A DNA stretch of 64,000 nucleotides from Pelomyxa schiedti (GCA_020536535.1 JAHLWZ010000852.1:1-64000), one strand, 5' to 3'; positions 34,223 through 47,330 are shown, counted from the stretch's first letter. Notes: a model not told the origin generated them from the sequence alone. Program-made: numbers and translations.

Positions 34223-36748
34223 TTAGGGGTCTTCGTCGTCACTTGTAGCGCGTGTCGAGGAATACTCCATGGCATAGCGCAGTGCGGCAATCTTCTGGGG
34301 TAGGAGGGCCAACATTTGCTTGCAGAGCTGAGTCCAGTATTAGCGTGCTTGTGAAAGTGCAAGATTGTGCGGATTACTTGCATGTGTGTACTGAAGTTCT
34401 TGGGTGAATTCTTTTCACCATAGTCAGAGAGCCAGGAGTACTCAACCAGAGCTTTCTTCATATTCTCTACACAAACCTCCAAGTCAGAACTTATTAATTG
34501 CGTGTACCTGTTTTTCGTTAGGTGTTGTGTTAGGGAATTAAGTGGGTTTACAATCTGGCACGCGAGAACCGGGCAGCCAACACGGCATCTTCGTTGCCGC
34601 CGAGGGGCTTTCCTTCAAAACATCTTACAAGTCTGGAGAAATATGTGATAGACGAGTTGATTCTGCTCTAGGGTTAGCGGCATATAACATTACATGGATG
34701 CCACACATCCTGTTGATTTTATAGTCAAGTTCGTGACTGTTGGTGGCGGCCTGAACTTTTAACAATTGATCTGCATATTCTGAATGCATGTTTCCGAGTT
34801 TGTCATACAACTCTTGAAGTTCAAAGTTGTAAAATTGCGGATTTAGCTGTGACACAAGGGGTTCGAGTAGAGAGATTCGCTTCTCCTGAAGTTTACTTTT
34901 GGTTTTGGTAATTGCTTTCGTGAATATGAGCTAGACAAACCATCTCCGCTCCAAGTTAGTGTCATACGAGATTAGTAGTCTATAGAGTTTGCAGAGATCC
35001 TTTTTTGTACTCAGAACATGATTAAATTGAGCCTTGGCGTACATTCAACAATTTCATATGATCTGAGGTAAAGCCGTCAAGTACATAATATTTCATGCCA
35101 GAAATTAGTAGATCTCTGATTCTAGAAAACAGTACGTAGGCCTATGAGGATTAAAAAAATATGGGGGAAATTGGCATCAACCTGCTCATACGTGTCAATT
35201 GTAGAAAATTGAACCAACTCGCTGGGGGATGGGGCATTCTCACCCCCAAACAAAGGTTCTGGTGTCTCCACACCACATGGAGAGATGCTCTTGAGTTCTC
35301 CGATGTGTTGTTTGTACTTGAACTTAAAAAAGTCAAGCAACCAATGGGCTCTGGCACTGTGCGATTTAAGTACATATCACTGAATTTTGTTTTACTAAGT
35401 ACATGCTACAATTTATCTTGTTCTCTTCACTGGTAGTGACAGGTAAAGTAGCTGCAGCAATGGATAAACATTGCTCTGCAGCAAAGAACATGTAGTGCTC
35501 AACATAATATGCAGCAAGTGAAACACAGTTTAAAGCCCATTCCTATCGGTATTAATGGGAAAACTTCAACGTATTGGCGATTACTTCGGAATTGTAAGTA
35601 TTTGAGGCACGTTGTCTCTTCAAAGTCTCATAACAGTACTGGGCAGCCTTCACGGTTTCAGTAACAGGAAAAGGAAAAAAGTGAGCTCGTTACCATAGAC
35701 TTCTTCGAATTAATGTTATACATTTGAGCAAGGTAATAAAGGGTATGAGTGTAGAGAGATTCGATTTCATTGTGATACCCGGTGTGCGTAAATGGTAAAA
35801 CTTCAGCTTCATTTCTGAGAAAAAATTTTGGGATAAGATCAAAGTGAGCAATTGTGCCTGCTACTTGCCTGCGTTTAATTTGGAGGTACACTGCCTCGGC
35901 CTGCTTTAAGTATCTCTCTGCTTCTTCGTGGTTGGATCTGTCTGAAGCCAATACACCAAGTCTATTTAACGAATCTATTGCTATACTTCCCCACCCGCGA
36001 CGGTGGTCACCAACAGGAAGGGCACTTGCAGAGTTGTCCAAGGGGCAAATTCTTGATAACCTAACCTCTGATAAGATAATCAAATGATAGCCAGGAGTTA
36101 ACAATTTATGGAGATTCGATTCCCCAGCAGCATTGTCCTCACTATTGAGAGCATTGATTCCAAGTACATAATGGATAACTGATTTCATGTCAGCCTGTGT
36201 TAAGAAGCAGACCTCTTTTAAAACAGATTCCCCACATTAATTCTACTTTCATAAAATTGCCCTGAAATTTCCCGCGTCATACCTGGTCTTCAGAATCCGA
36301 ATTCAATCTAGATAGTAACTCTTTCTAAATGAAAGTGCTGTTAGTAACTGGCAAAGCAATCAATCCTGAGTACCAGCACATCATCAGATTTGTAGATAGA
36401 CTTGAATGGAGTCTCTGGTGGATCTTGAACTTTCAGTAGATCCTCTACTTGTTCCATAACCCGTTCGAATTCAGCAAGAGGTAACTCGCTTGAACTCGTA
36501 GAAGTGGAAGACGTTGTGGTTGTAGACGTAACTGTAGGTGCAGACGCAGGTGGAGACGGAGACAGAGGAACACTTGCAGCACTCGGATTAGGGATTGCTT
36601 CCGACGCCACCGTATCCGCACTCGCATCGTGTCCCTCTGCGGTAGTAGTTACCACTGAGGGGATCTCTGTCGTTTTCGTCGGTCCCTCATCACTGACCGT
36701 TGTCGATAATTCGGTAGTACTCGTAGTTACCGCCCCTTCCGCGCTCAT
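34223..36748 (-). CDS. KIFBP: KIF-binding protein (KBP) homolog
   Basis: DPPETPFKSIYK, LGINALNSEDNAAGESNL, SLNRLGVL...EEAERYLKQAEAVY, YTHTLYYLAQMY, EWALNCVSLAAYY, C-terminal LCKQMLALLPQKIAAL; TAA at 34223-34225. Confidence 0.88.
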
Positions 36749-37022
36749 CGCCACGAAGTTTTTGCGAAAAAGAAAATTTTGTTGTATGACTGTGGGCATT
36801 AGAATTCAAAGTGGCAGTTTGATAGGTTGGCAGGGAACTACAGTACACGAGTTGGAGGTATCGGTGAAAGAGTTCAGACTCCCAAGCGATGTGTCAGTTC
36901 TAAACTCGGCCTTGTCAGCCTTCCGGTAATTACCCGGGAATTCCGCTCAAAAAGGTCAAACCATAAAAAAACTGCGAAACCCGAACGACGTGGGCAATCT
37001 TGCGACTAAAGGCCGGTGTCGA

Positions 37023-37967
37023 ATGACAAGAAGGTTGCGCAGAAACACAACTGGCAAGTTATGGAAGGCTTGGACACTAAGTGCGGCTTTTCTCTGCTTT
37101 TTTTTGTTGTCGTCGTTCTCTAAGATCTGTATTGTGTGCAAAAGGAGGCACGCTGCTGTTGGCACATTTTGTTAAAGGACTACTTTCATGCATTTTGAAT
37201 TCGAATTCTTTTGGCTTGTTTCCGTTGCGGAGGTTTGTTCCCTTTTGCGGTGCCCGTCATCAACTTTTTCAAGGAGGAGACTCATACCAGGGAAAGATGA
37301 CGGCAGTAAAAAAACTTTAATTCTTGACCTTGACGAAACTTTAATTCACAGCTCCTTTGAGGTACACTGCACCTACTTCCTTCCTCTGTGACTGAGTTAA
37401 TTATCACAGCCTGTTTGTAAATATGATTTCTCTCTGGAGATGTTCCTTTGCCAACAACACTGCAAAGTTTATGTCACAAAACGCCCTGGGCTTGAGGAAT
37501 TTCTTAATTCCATAAAAGAAAAATTTGAGATTGTGGTTTTCACTGCTAGTTTAAAAGAGGTTCGCCATTTGATATTAACCTATCTCTCCAAATAACCTCC
37601 AATAGTATGCAGATCCAATTTTAGACCTAATAGACCCCAACAATATTATCCACCACCGCCTTTATCGTGATTCCTGCCATGTGGTCAGGAAATTACATGT
37701 TAAGGTAAGAGTAATTCATTACCAATCTCCAAAGAAAAACTATCTTCGTAGGACCTAAACTGGCTCGGGAGAGATGTCAACAAGTGTGTAATAGTCGACA
37801 ACTCACCTGTATCATACCTTCTGCATCCACAGAATGCTATTCCTATACGATCATTTATGGGGGATTGCACTGATTCCGAGTTGAATTCATTAAGTGAAAT
37901 TCTGACTGAAATGGCCAACTCCCCACTAACTGTACCATCTACCTTGGCACTAATGAAAAACCCCTAA
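37023..37967 (+). CDS. FCP1/SCP-family (NIF domain) small CTD phosphatase-like protein
   Basis: KKTLILDLDETLIHSS, YVTKRPGLEEFL, VVFTAS..YADPILD.ID, RLYRDSC, DLNWLGRD...VIVDNSP.SY..HPQNAIPI. Upstream FFCC resembles the CTDSP palmitoylation motif. The 5' end is unresolved. Confidence 0.88.
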
Positions 37968-38194
37968 CACACACCACACCACCAGTTTTGTCCCTTGTAG
38001 TGACAAAATACTGAAAATATCCCCCTGTTCTCCTTGTTTACCTCCACCACGAAGGCGCCAAAAACCTCGCAATAACGGGAAACTTTAAAAACCAAGAAAA
38101 ATCAAAAAAAAAAAGAACGTGGAAATTTACCCACGAGGCCCCGCTAACCACCTCCCCTCCAGTATAAGCCACACCAGTACGAGTGCATCAACAA

Positions 38195-40126
38195 ATGCCC
38201 AGCGCTGCCCCTGCATCCCCGCTCTCCACCCCCACCAAGCCCCGCCGACACGCGCACCCCGCCGCGAGCCCCATCGCCGCCACCACCGCCGCTACCAGGA
38301 GCAAGAAGTGCGCCTCGGCTTCGGCCTCAGCAGCCGCAGCAGTAACCAGCAAGCACCTGCGCCGCCCCCGCCGCGGCCGCGACGCGGAGGAGACCCCCAG
38401 CAGCCCCAGGCCTTCCGTGGCCACGCCGCAGAGGCGCAAGGCGCGGCGGCGCAGCAGCCTGCTCTTTGACACCCTGGTCCCTTCGTCCCCCCCCTCGTTG
38501 GCGGCCGCCCGGCCCCACCAACGAATCCTCAGCAGCACGAGCGAGGACGACGACGACGAGAGCATACGGGGAACCGACGACGACAACAATGACAACGACA
38601 ACGACGATGGCAGTGTCGGTGATGACGGCAGGGACGAGGACGAGGGCGGTGACGCACCCAGGAATAAGAATAAGAACAAGGACAGGAACAGGAGGAAGCA
38701 CGGCGAGAGTGGTGGAAGGTATGTGTCACGTTGTGAGAGGGGCAGAGTGGCAGACAGAGACGACGAAGGGATCGAAACAGCCTCGACTCCGTCGAAAAGG
38801 AGCGGGAACGAGGAGAGCAACCTGTGGTATGCGTCGCCGGCTCGGCCTCTGCCACCTTTGTCGACGGATACTGACATCACACAGAGGTTTGCTTCACTCG
38901 ATATTTCCTTATCCATCTGTATCACGTTTTCTTTATGTCTTGGCTGTTTTCTAATGATAAATTTCTCACATAGTGGAAATTGCTATAAAAGAGTGCAACG
39001 TGGCTACGGATTACCGGTAAACAACACACAACCACTAGTGTCATTTCTGGCAGATGCGATGATAAGGCAGAACCCCCATTCAGAGTGTTCAACATCAGCT
39101 GACGAAAATACTCCTCATTCATCACCCTCTTCTGATCGATCCAATCCTGCAACTGCCTTACCCAATGGTAGCGATGCAACACTGGTTATGGCTACTGCTA
39201 ACGGTAAAGTATTGATGCTGTCACGCACATCATCCTTTGATGAAGCTGTAAAATTGCAAGTAAGAGCGTTAAATGATGTCTTCAGCTCTGTGGACCAGTT
39301 TTGTATTGAAGAAGAAGTGAAAAAAGGTGGTGCATCTCCGCAAAAACCACCACAACACCCAGAACCAGTACCTGATTATAACCGCGTATCACACACTACT
39401 CCAACCCAATGCCCCACCCTCAAACAACATGAACCTCACAGGCACAAAACAAAGGCTCAACCCAGGGAACAAACACCTAGGAAAAGGCTAAGCACTGCGC
39501 CGTCTGAGACAAAAAGCAAAAAACCACGCCACAATGACAGCAGCACCACGACGCAACACACCAAGAGCCCAAAGAAAGGCAAGAAGGAAGAGGACCCCAG
39601 TGCCGGCGGGAAGCCCAAGCCGAAGCACGCGGAACTGCCGAAACCTTCACCGCTCAAGGCGAACGCCGCACCCCGCCTCTCCCCCGCCTGCACGCGCCCG
39701 TCCCTGCACATATCCTCGCTCCTTTCCTCCAGCCCAAGAAAGAATCCACCACCAACACCCCTCAAGTGCCGCAACACCGCCACCACAGCCACACTCAATG
39801 ACCACAACACAAACACCAACACAAACCCAGCACCATTTACTCTACCAGAACCACTTCCACACCTTGACAATCACAACACGGACAGCAACAGCAGCTTCCC
39901 CATACCAATAACACCACCCTCATCACCACAAAAACAGCAACAACTACATCAGCACGCAGTCACAGCGACAAGGAAGCCGGCTGCCTCACCCTCACGCTCA
40001 ACCCACAAGTCGGTACTGGTGTCACCACACCGCTCCCCAAAAAAGGATAGGCCTGTGCCGTTCCCGTCTTTGTTTGGGGCTGCAGCACCCAAACACTACT
40101 CGAGGAGGAAAATGGTTAAGACCTAA
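38195..40126 (+). CDS. Low-complexity Ser/Pro/Lys/Asp-rich protein, unknown function
   Basis: 647-codon ORF with ATG at 38195 and a probable in-frame intron at about 38887-38973. No recognisable domain; basic clusters suggest a nuclear location. Confidence 0.6.
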   Translation: MPSAAPASPLSTPTKPRRHAHPAASPIAATTAATRSKKCASASASAAAAVTSKHLRRPRRGRDAEETPSSPRPSVATPQRRKARRRSSLLFDTLVPSSPPSLAAARPHQRILSSTSEDDDDESIRGTDDDNNDNDNDDGSVGDDGRDEDEGGDAPRNKNKNKDRNRRKHGESGGRYVSRCERGRVADRDDEGIETASTPSKRSGNEESNLWYASPARPLPPLSTDTDITQRFASLDISLSICITFSLCLGCFLMINFSHSGNCYKRVQRGYGLPVNNTQPLVSFLADAMIRQNPHSECSTSADENTPHSSPSSDRSNPATALPNGSDATLVMATANGKVLMLSRTSSFDEAVKLQVRALNDVFSSVDQFCIEEEVKKGGASPQKPPQHPEPVPDYNRVSHTTPTQCPTLKQHEPHRHKTKAQPREQTPRKRLSTAPSETKSKKPRHNDSSTTTQHTKSPKKGKKEEDPSAGGKPKPKHAELPKPSPLKANAAPRLSPACTRPSLHISSLLSSSPRKNPPPTPLKCRNTATTATLNDHNTNTNTNPAPFTLPEPLPHLDNHNTDSNSSFPIPITPPSSPQKQQQLHQHAVTATRKPAASPSRSTHKSVLVSPHRSPKKDRPVPFPSLFGAAAPKHYSRRKMVKT

Positions 40127-40283
40127 AAGCCCTTGGAAATTTAGCATAGCAGTTCTAAGACCTCCAGAGCAAAAAAAAAAAGTCCCGCAGTTGTAAATAA
40201 CTACCAACTCTAGATCAACTCGTAGTGTTGTTCTTTTTTTTTCTTTTCTGGTCGAACGAGGAAAAGAAAGGAGCAGGCAACCA

Positions 40284-41305
40284 ATGCGCACCGGAAAAAA
40301 GAGATGCAAAAGTAACGGCAGTGGATTGAGCTCCACCGCAAAATCAGAGCAAAGCCGCAACATGCGAGCCAGAACGGCGGAGAGCAGTAGCCCCAGCGCA
40401 CAGCAGCCTGTTGTAATTATGGGATCCCCCGGCAACGAAAACTCCTCCCCCGTCGCGTCCACGACTACGTCGTCAGCTAACAGAAACATGGGCATCGTTG
40501 CAATCATGCAAATAATTCATTGTATCCAAGGGAGACAGTGCAAACCTAGAGACTCACATCAAAATGCGAACGCGGCTCTGTACCGACCGGATCGGGATGA
40601 CCAGAGGTTGATTGTTTCAAAAGCAGAACCAAGTGCCACAGAGTCATTGCCGGCCTTGGTGAAGCACACCGGGGTAACGGTGTGGCTTTCCGTTGGTATG
40701 ATAATCAGATAATAAGTGATGACAGTATTTGCTAACATACAGTTCCATCAGATACACGAGATTCACGAGAATCACTGATGATTCGCAACGTCACAGAAGG
40801 CGGGAGGTCTTCAGGTCCATTTACTGTGACTTTACTACATGTGGAACCAGAGGTAACAGATCTGGAAAAAATGGATGTAGTCATGACCATTGGTACTAAT
40901 ATCAGCACTTATTCTACAATTCTCAACACCCACCCAACATTAGAAATACCTGCATTCCGGGAATCCAACAGGGGACCGGTTCCTCTGATGCCCTCATACT
41001 GGCCCCGAGTTCCTATGACGCCCTCATTCTGGCCCCAGATATATATTGAGCCTCCGCCATATCCAAATCCACCTTGGCAACTTCAGAGCTATGGCGATTC
41101 GGATTCTAATCCTATGGTACCCCTTCAGGCTCCAGCCGCCTATAGTTACGAAACTCACAGCCCAAGCTCACCTCCACTCGAAGGCAATTATGTGGTTTCC
41201 CCCACATATGCTTTAGTTGTCGTCCCTGCAGATGTTGTGGTTACACCTGAAACACTCGACACACCCCAAACACCACCCGACGTGGTAGCCACCTTTTTTT
41301 GTTAA
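40284..41305 (+). CDS. Hypothetical protein with Pro/Tyr-rich C-terminus
   Basis: Two ORFs joined in frame by a GTATGA...GCTAAC..CAG intron (40697-40742). No domain recognised. Confidence 0.5.
40979..41038 (+). repeat. 30-bp tandem duplication within coding sequence
   Basis: gttcctctgatgccctcatactggccccga / gttcctatgacgccctcattctggccccag, encoding VPLMPSYWPR / VPMTPSFWPQ. Confidence 0.85.
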
Positions 41306-41514
41306 AATTTAAACACGAAATCGTCTCTTTAAAGCAAGCCTCTCTTCCCACAACTAGGCCAGCGGGCCAGTTGGCAAAACAACTGGTTTCGCCACTAAAA
41401 AATTGGTGGCTGAGCACGTGCTTGTTCGAAGGGGGAGCCCTAGGGGTCTCAGTCTCAGGCAATCAGATCAGAATTTTTTTTTTCTGTCTTTAAAAAAAAT
41501 TATTATCTGCCTCC

Positions 41515-43460
41515 ATGGGCATTAAAGGTAAATTGTCCGACAATTGTCCGACTTATCCCTTTGTTGCAGGTTTGCTAAAAGCCTGTGCGGAGGGATGCAT
41601 CGTGGTCCAGGGCAACCCCCTGTGGCCTGATCGACAGTTTTTCTAAGCAAAAGCTACGCTGCCCAATGACCTTCGCAGCCTCCACAAAGCAAAGTCCTCT
41701 CATGGGTGGTCAAAATCAAGTCGTGGGGTGTAAGCCGCATTATTTTCGTGATCGATGGGGCCGTGTCACCCGATCGATTTGCGTGTTGGAAGAAAAGGCG
41801 CACCGCTGACCTGCACCGACACCGCCAAATAATGACAAGCCTGATTACGGGATCTGTATCTCCTGTATTGCCACCTCCTGCCTCAGTCGGCACCCCCCAA
41901 TCAGATCATAAAGACGAGAAGGAAGATTTGCCTGGAACTAAGAGATCTGCTCCTGCACTCAGTAATGAGATTGTAGAAAAACCAGCAAAGAATCCACAGA
42001 CAGAAAGTTGGCCTTTAAAAGGTATTTGTTGCTCCACTTAATTCTAATTTCTTATAACTGTGCATAATAGGTGGCAAGTTGTCAGGCAAAATAAATCCAG
42101 TGGCTTCTGGACTTGCAACTCAAATTGATCAATTGCAACAATACAGTGTTCCAAAAGCTGGTGACTTGACTGTTGAAGGTCTAAATGAGCTGGATGGTGG
42201 TTGTTGTCAGACTGTAATCACCAATGGTAGTTCTTTGTTTTAAAATAATAATATTAACCACTTTTCATTAAGCAAAGAGAATACAGACTTCTGTATCTGC
42301 CAGTCTAAATGGAGTTGAAAAGACTGTTATTACCACTTGTAGTCATTTTCCTTTCAAAATGTTTCTTACATTCTCTATAGATCAAAAGAGAATCCCAACT
42401 TCTGCTCCAAATCAGAATTCAAAAGGGAAAAGAAAGAGGCCAAAGAAAAAGCCACGAAGGGGCAGGTGGCACCTCCCCAGACTGCTGCTAACACCCATAC
42501 AACAGTAGTGCCTACAAGTAGTACAACTTGTATTTATTATGTACTTGCTGATATTTTATCTAGGTGGCAAAAATACAGTTTTCCCTAAACTGAGAATACA
42601 GAACAGTCAAGAGCATGAGCAAGGTGTTTGCTCGAAGTAGCCGGATTTCTTGTGAACACTGTCACCAGTCACACTTCCTCTCATTTTCGAAGCCAATATT
42701 GCCAGAGAGTAACCACCAGGTTGTTTATGAAGCCTTGGCAGAAAGTCAGAGTGTGGTAGGGACACACTCTGCTTTTTTTTTTCACCCTTTTGGGAAAGGT
42801 GTTCTTTGCAGTGAAGGAGTCTGATGGACAATGTGCCTTCATTGCTAAAGTGGAAGATGCCTGGGGCACAACTTGCAAGCTTTTCTGAGGGAATATGTTT
42901 TGGAAATATAATCATTTCCTGTGAGACAAGAAAGTTGTGGTGGTTGTGCACAACAATCACCACATGCCTAGGCAAGTCCTCCTTTGTGAACAATTACCAC
43001 CACTTTCTTGGCTCCCAGGAAATGACTACATTTCCAAAACATATTCCTTCAAAAAAGCTTGCAATGTTCTTCATCAATAGAATGCAGCAAAATATACAGA
43101 TACACTTGAAGCAGTATCCTGTCAGAAGTTCAAAGCAAGTCTTGAATCCTGCAATCTTATTAATCCAAGTACCACCTAACAAAAAACAATTAGCAATATT
43201 AGGAAACATGTTGTTGTGGGTGCAAAGTGATGAAGCAATCTAGTGGCTCCTTGCTACTGCAGGGGAGTCACTTGGGACATTTCAAGGAGGACACCAATAC
43301 CAAAGGGGATGACACAGCACTCCCTCTGCTATATACCACACAAGAGGCACCTCCAGGTTATGGAAAAGTTGAGGTGTCCCCCTTGCCTTAACATAATCCA
43401 GGGAATGGGCCCCTTTGGTGCTTGCATAGCAACTGCTCAGTTGTATCACCCCTACATTGA
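41515..43460 (+). pseudogene. Unprocessed pseudogene of an XPG/FEN1/EXO1/GEN1-family 5' nuclease
   Basis: ATG GGC ATT AAA G/GT gives MGIKGLL; IIFVIDGAVSPDRFACWKKRR (N domain); after an intron VKESDGQCAFIAK (EAD motif of the I domain); possible H3TH remnant NIIQGMGP. Frameshifts at about 41615-41690 and in-frame stops at about 42710-42730; splice sites retained. Confidence 0.65.
42873..43064. repeat. Long inverted repeat (81-bp arms, 30-nt loop), MITE/foldback-like
   Basis: Left arm 42873-42953 versus reverse complement of right arm 42984-43064: 10 mismatches by hand alignment. The loop contains the palindrome tgcctaggca. Confidence 0.9.
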
Positions 43461-44128
43461 CCGGTGCTGCCACATTGCACTGATTGCCCAGCAGTCCTTA
43501 CTGGACCTCACACCCAATGCTTGGCCTCACTTAGAAGATTTCAAACACAAAACCACAGGCACCAACTCCACATTGCCCACATATTCTACAACAGTCCCCA
43601 AAGCAATACCAATTACAAAACAATCACAAACAGAAACAGCTACATTCCTTGCTTTCTAGAAACCAAACCAAAAGAAAACTGTTTTCTTCCACCCCACCAC
43701 CGTGAAAATATTTGAAAGGCACCAAGAAACCCAAAGTCCATACTCTTGTCCATACTCTTTCCAAGTGCTGTTTGGTGGAACAAGGAAGAAACCATCACAA
43801 AAAAGAACCAACTTGGTGGTTTTTGGGTGGGTTGTAGTCACCAAGTTGTGTTCTATGTGCCAACATGCACCACAAGGGCACATGCTTGAGCACGGCCTCA
43901 CACCAACACCACTCCACCTCTCTGTAGCCCATGCACCTGCACGCAAAGCTTGGCGGAGTTCGCGGAAATGATTTTGTTGTCTTCGCGGAGAGAAAACGAC
44001 CTTTCCTTTTTGACCTAGAGTTGAACTGTTTTTTTACTTACCATCAGAAACACGTGCAGCACAACCACCGTGCGGTACCGTGTTGGTTTGTTTTTTGTCT
44101 GGTTCCGCATTACCACGACACACCCACG

Positions 44129-45626
44129 ATGCACTCTCGTATGCAACCACGGGCTGTAAACCAGACTACTCAACAGCAACAACCACGTTCCCGTGCCGCC
44201 CCCAGCCGGCAGCAGCACACCGTGCCCCCCTCGTCTTGGCGTGGTGCTGAGCGACGGGCCTCCACGGCGCCGCCCCGGCGCCCCCATCGCGCCCCCCGCA
44301 GAGGCCCCTCCTCCTCCTCCATGGCCCCGCCTGCTGCCCCCCCGATGCTGCCCCCGTGCCTCCTCGCGCCCATGGCCGCGCCGCGCCCGCCCCCGCCCCC
44401 CAGGCCCCGCCCCGCCCGCGCCGTGGGCCCCACGCCGTCCCCGTCGGCGCCCCCGTGGGGGCCGCTGCCGGGCCTCTCGGGGGCGGCGCTGGCCACCACC
44501 AGCACGGAGCAGCTGCGGCGCCTGCTTATGCTGCCGAGCGGGAGTGTGAGTGGCGAGCAGCGGGTGAGAATAGTGGCGGCGATGCAGAGGCTCAACAGGA
44601 GCGCCATTGTCAGCGAGCTCGCGAGCTCCCCGCGAACATGCAACCGTGACTGGGCCCCCTTGTTTGTCAATTTGCAGGACGTGGGTCACTCTATACTACT
44701 ACTTGCTTGTGTTTTGTATCTTATTTGTTTAACTTGTTTGTTAGCTTTCCTTTCCTTTCCTTTTGTTTGGTTACAATTTTCTTTGTTGTTAGAAGTCTTG
44801 CTATTGAGTGTATAACTTTAAACTAGATACAAGAAAAGAGTTGGGGAATACATGAATGGTCACAACAGCCACAGTCCGCACTAACACGAGCTTCAATTTT
44901 ACACACGGCACAACAAGCTATGCAGCTACTACACTGCTTGGCAGAAATAGCTCCAACCAATATGAGGGTGTGGAGGAATAATATGAAGTGAGGACTCTCT
45001 CAGAAACTTTTTTAAAAAAAAAATCCTCCAGGAACAAATTATGCATTCTGCACTTGATACTTTGAAAGACATTGATTCACCCACAGCTTCCAGTAACAAG
45101 ACACGGCATTCTGAAATAACTTTGCCGGGTTTGCATCATGCAACTGGGAACAGCTTAACTCAGACATCATCATTACCAACCAAACGAAATCTCTCAGAAA
45201 TAAAGTAAGACATCTCTTCTACCAATTATATCTTTTTTCCAGTGCTCATACACGTAAGTGGATTGTACACAGTTTCCTGCCCTACCTCACTAAAGAGGGT
45301 ACGCACAAACCAACAATAGAAATTCTGCTCACCCCTAACAGGGAAGGTACTGCACTGAAATAGAAACATATCCTGACTACTCGGACTATTCCTCATCCTC
45401 ACCAGAGCAACACTCATCATCAGAATCATCCCCATCACAAACCCAACAACACACAACAGACTCCACGGAAGAAGAGGAGGAAGAATTAGAACTATTCCCC
45501 CCGCTATCCAGCTGCCTCGACGTAGTTGTACCCCATGCACAGCACCCCAAACGAGACCAACCCCGTAATTCTCCCCCGCCAGACCCCCCACAACAACAGA
45601 AACAACCACAGTCTGGCCACCTATAA
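44129..45626 (+). CDS. Pro/Ala-rich hypothetical protein (multi-exon, includes an 11-nt micro-exon)
   Basis: GC-rich first exon; five GT-AG introns give an uninterrupted frame ...NLQD/IQEKSWG...PTNMR/EQIMH...SEIN/AHTQ/ILLTPNRE/EQHSSS...SGHL*. Confidence 0.6.
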
Positions 45627-45799
45627 CTGAACACAATATCATCACCATAAAGACATCTCCTAATCACAATAAGCAACCTCTCTATCCTCATTCTCAAAAC
45701 GAAAGAGGATAGGAAAAAGGAAAAGTACTTCTAGCTAAGATTTTCATTTTTGATTTTTGTTTTCAAAAGTGGTGTTGGTGCTAAATACAAAAAAAAGGC

Positions 45800-47203
45800 T
45801 CAAGAGTCATCGAGGACTCTTGGTTTGGGAACATATTCTACACAGCGGGATGGGTCTGTTGGGTACCTTTGCTGACAAAAAGTCATCAATCGCTTGATAG
45901 ATTGTAGGTATTTCCTTGTCGTCTCGTCATTTAGAATGTCTAGTGTCACTGGGTTAAGATGGCATGAAAAACGGAAGGTTACATACGCGCAACAGACTTC
46001 GAGAAAATTTTTTCTCGGGCAGAACGTTCGTGGATACCAACCATGGTTACACCCATGGGCCATGGTGCATTGCCAATAGCCATTCCCAAGTAAGCATCGT
46101 TAGCTTTGACGTAGTCCCTTTCTTTGAGGAATTTGACAATATCGATTACAGGGATCAAAATATCATCTGCAACTGTCTGTCATGTGTTATTGGCCGATAA
46201 GCCATCACAGTTTAATGAAACCTTCGCATTGAGGAGGTCAAAGAATGGCAGAACGTTATTGTAGCACTGCTGAAAAGTGGCTGTGGCCAGTTTCCCTTGC
46301 GAAGATCGTCGTTCCGCTTCCGGTTTTTCAGCTAATTGTTCGTTCCAGTCATTCAGCAATTTCTGACGGGCATTGATTGTTTGCAGTAGTTGTGCCTAAA
46401 GATACCTTGAAGAAAACCATGATTTCTTCTTCTACAGTGGCACATTTATCAGGAATGACAAACGGAGCTCCACACTCATTTTCTTTTGGCTTCTTTGGTT
46501 CATCTCCCTGCTTTCAGTTAGGAAAGGTAAATAAAAGAGAAACGGGCATACAGTTTCCATGGCTCGGATAGATTTCAAAATCTCATTATCTGTGCCAGCT
46601 ACATACTCCATGGGCTCCCTCTTTTTGAGTGTGGGTTTGAAAGGTTTCAAAAAATAAGGTATATGCGAACCTCTTCTAACTTGTGCAGTCTATGTGCTCT
46701 CTGGTGGTCATCTTCTCCAAAAAGTGTAATTGGTTGGCCCCTCTGTCGAAGACGGGCCATAACTTCTCTAACAGGAAGGAGTAACTCGGGTCCTTCTGTC
46801 TCCTGCGGCAAGGGTTATTATTTTAAAAACAATGGTCTAAAGGTGCAACTTCTCTGAAATTTCAAGGTGAAAGAGTACTTGCCTGTTTCTCCTCGGGCTC
46901 ACTAACGCTCCGCAAAGTGTTTTGCACTCTCTCCCTCAGTAATTTTTGTTCCTGAAGAAAAGGAAACAAGTGTGAATTTGGTGGCAAAACAAGCACAATA
47001 CGTACAGCTTCTCGTTTTGCGTTCTGTTCCTCCAAGTACTTGCGCTCCCTCTCTCGTTCCAGATCTCCTCTTGTCATATACCGCTTCGACGCCGGGGGTT
47101 TAGTCTCCGTCTGTGAACGTCGCTTTCTCGCCACCTCGTCATGCAAACTACTAATGAGATCTCTCGGTATTGCCGCCGTTGCAGGTGAAGCCTTAGCTGC
47201 CAT
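45800..47203 (-). CDS. PRPF18: Pre-mRNA splicing factor 18
   Basis: [19 protein letters not shown]4-like [19 protein letters not shown], and Prp18 core [24 protein letters not shown]...[21 protein letters not shown]. Confidence 0.95.
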
Positions 47204-47330
47204 CTCCAACACCCTTGTTTGTTTTTCGAAATGAAATGAATTTTCTCCTCTCAGATCAAGATAATTGATTTGCCTGCCAGTGGTGTGTTCGGTACCCCAA
47301 CGCGAAATTGTAACTAAGACCTGAGAAGAA

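Noticed and set aside
43806-43850. 9-bp inverted repeat aacttggtg...caccaagtt
   Set aside because: Too short to distinguish from chance, with no associated feature.
15866-47203. U6 and PRPF18 in the same window as a spliceosome cluster
   Set aside because: They are 30 kb and many unrelated genes apart; chance is sufficient.
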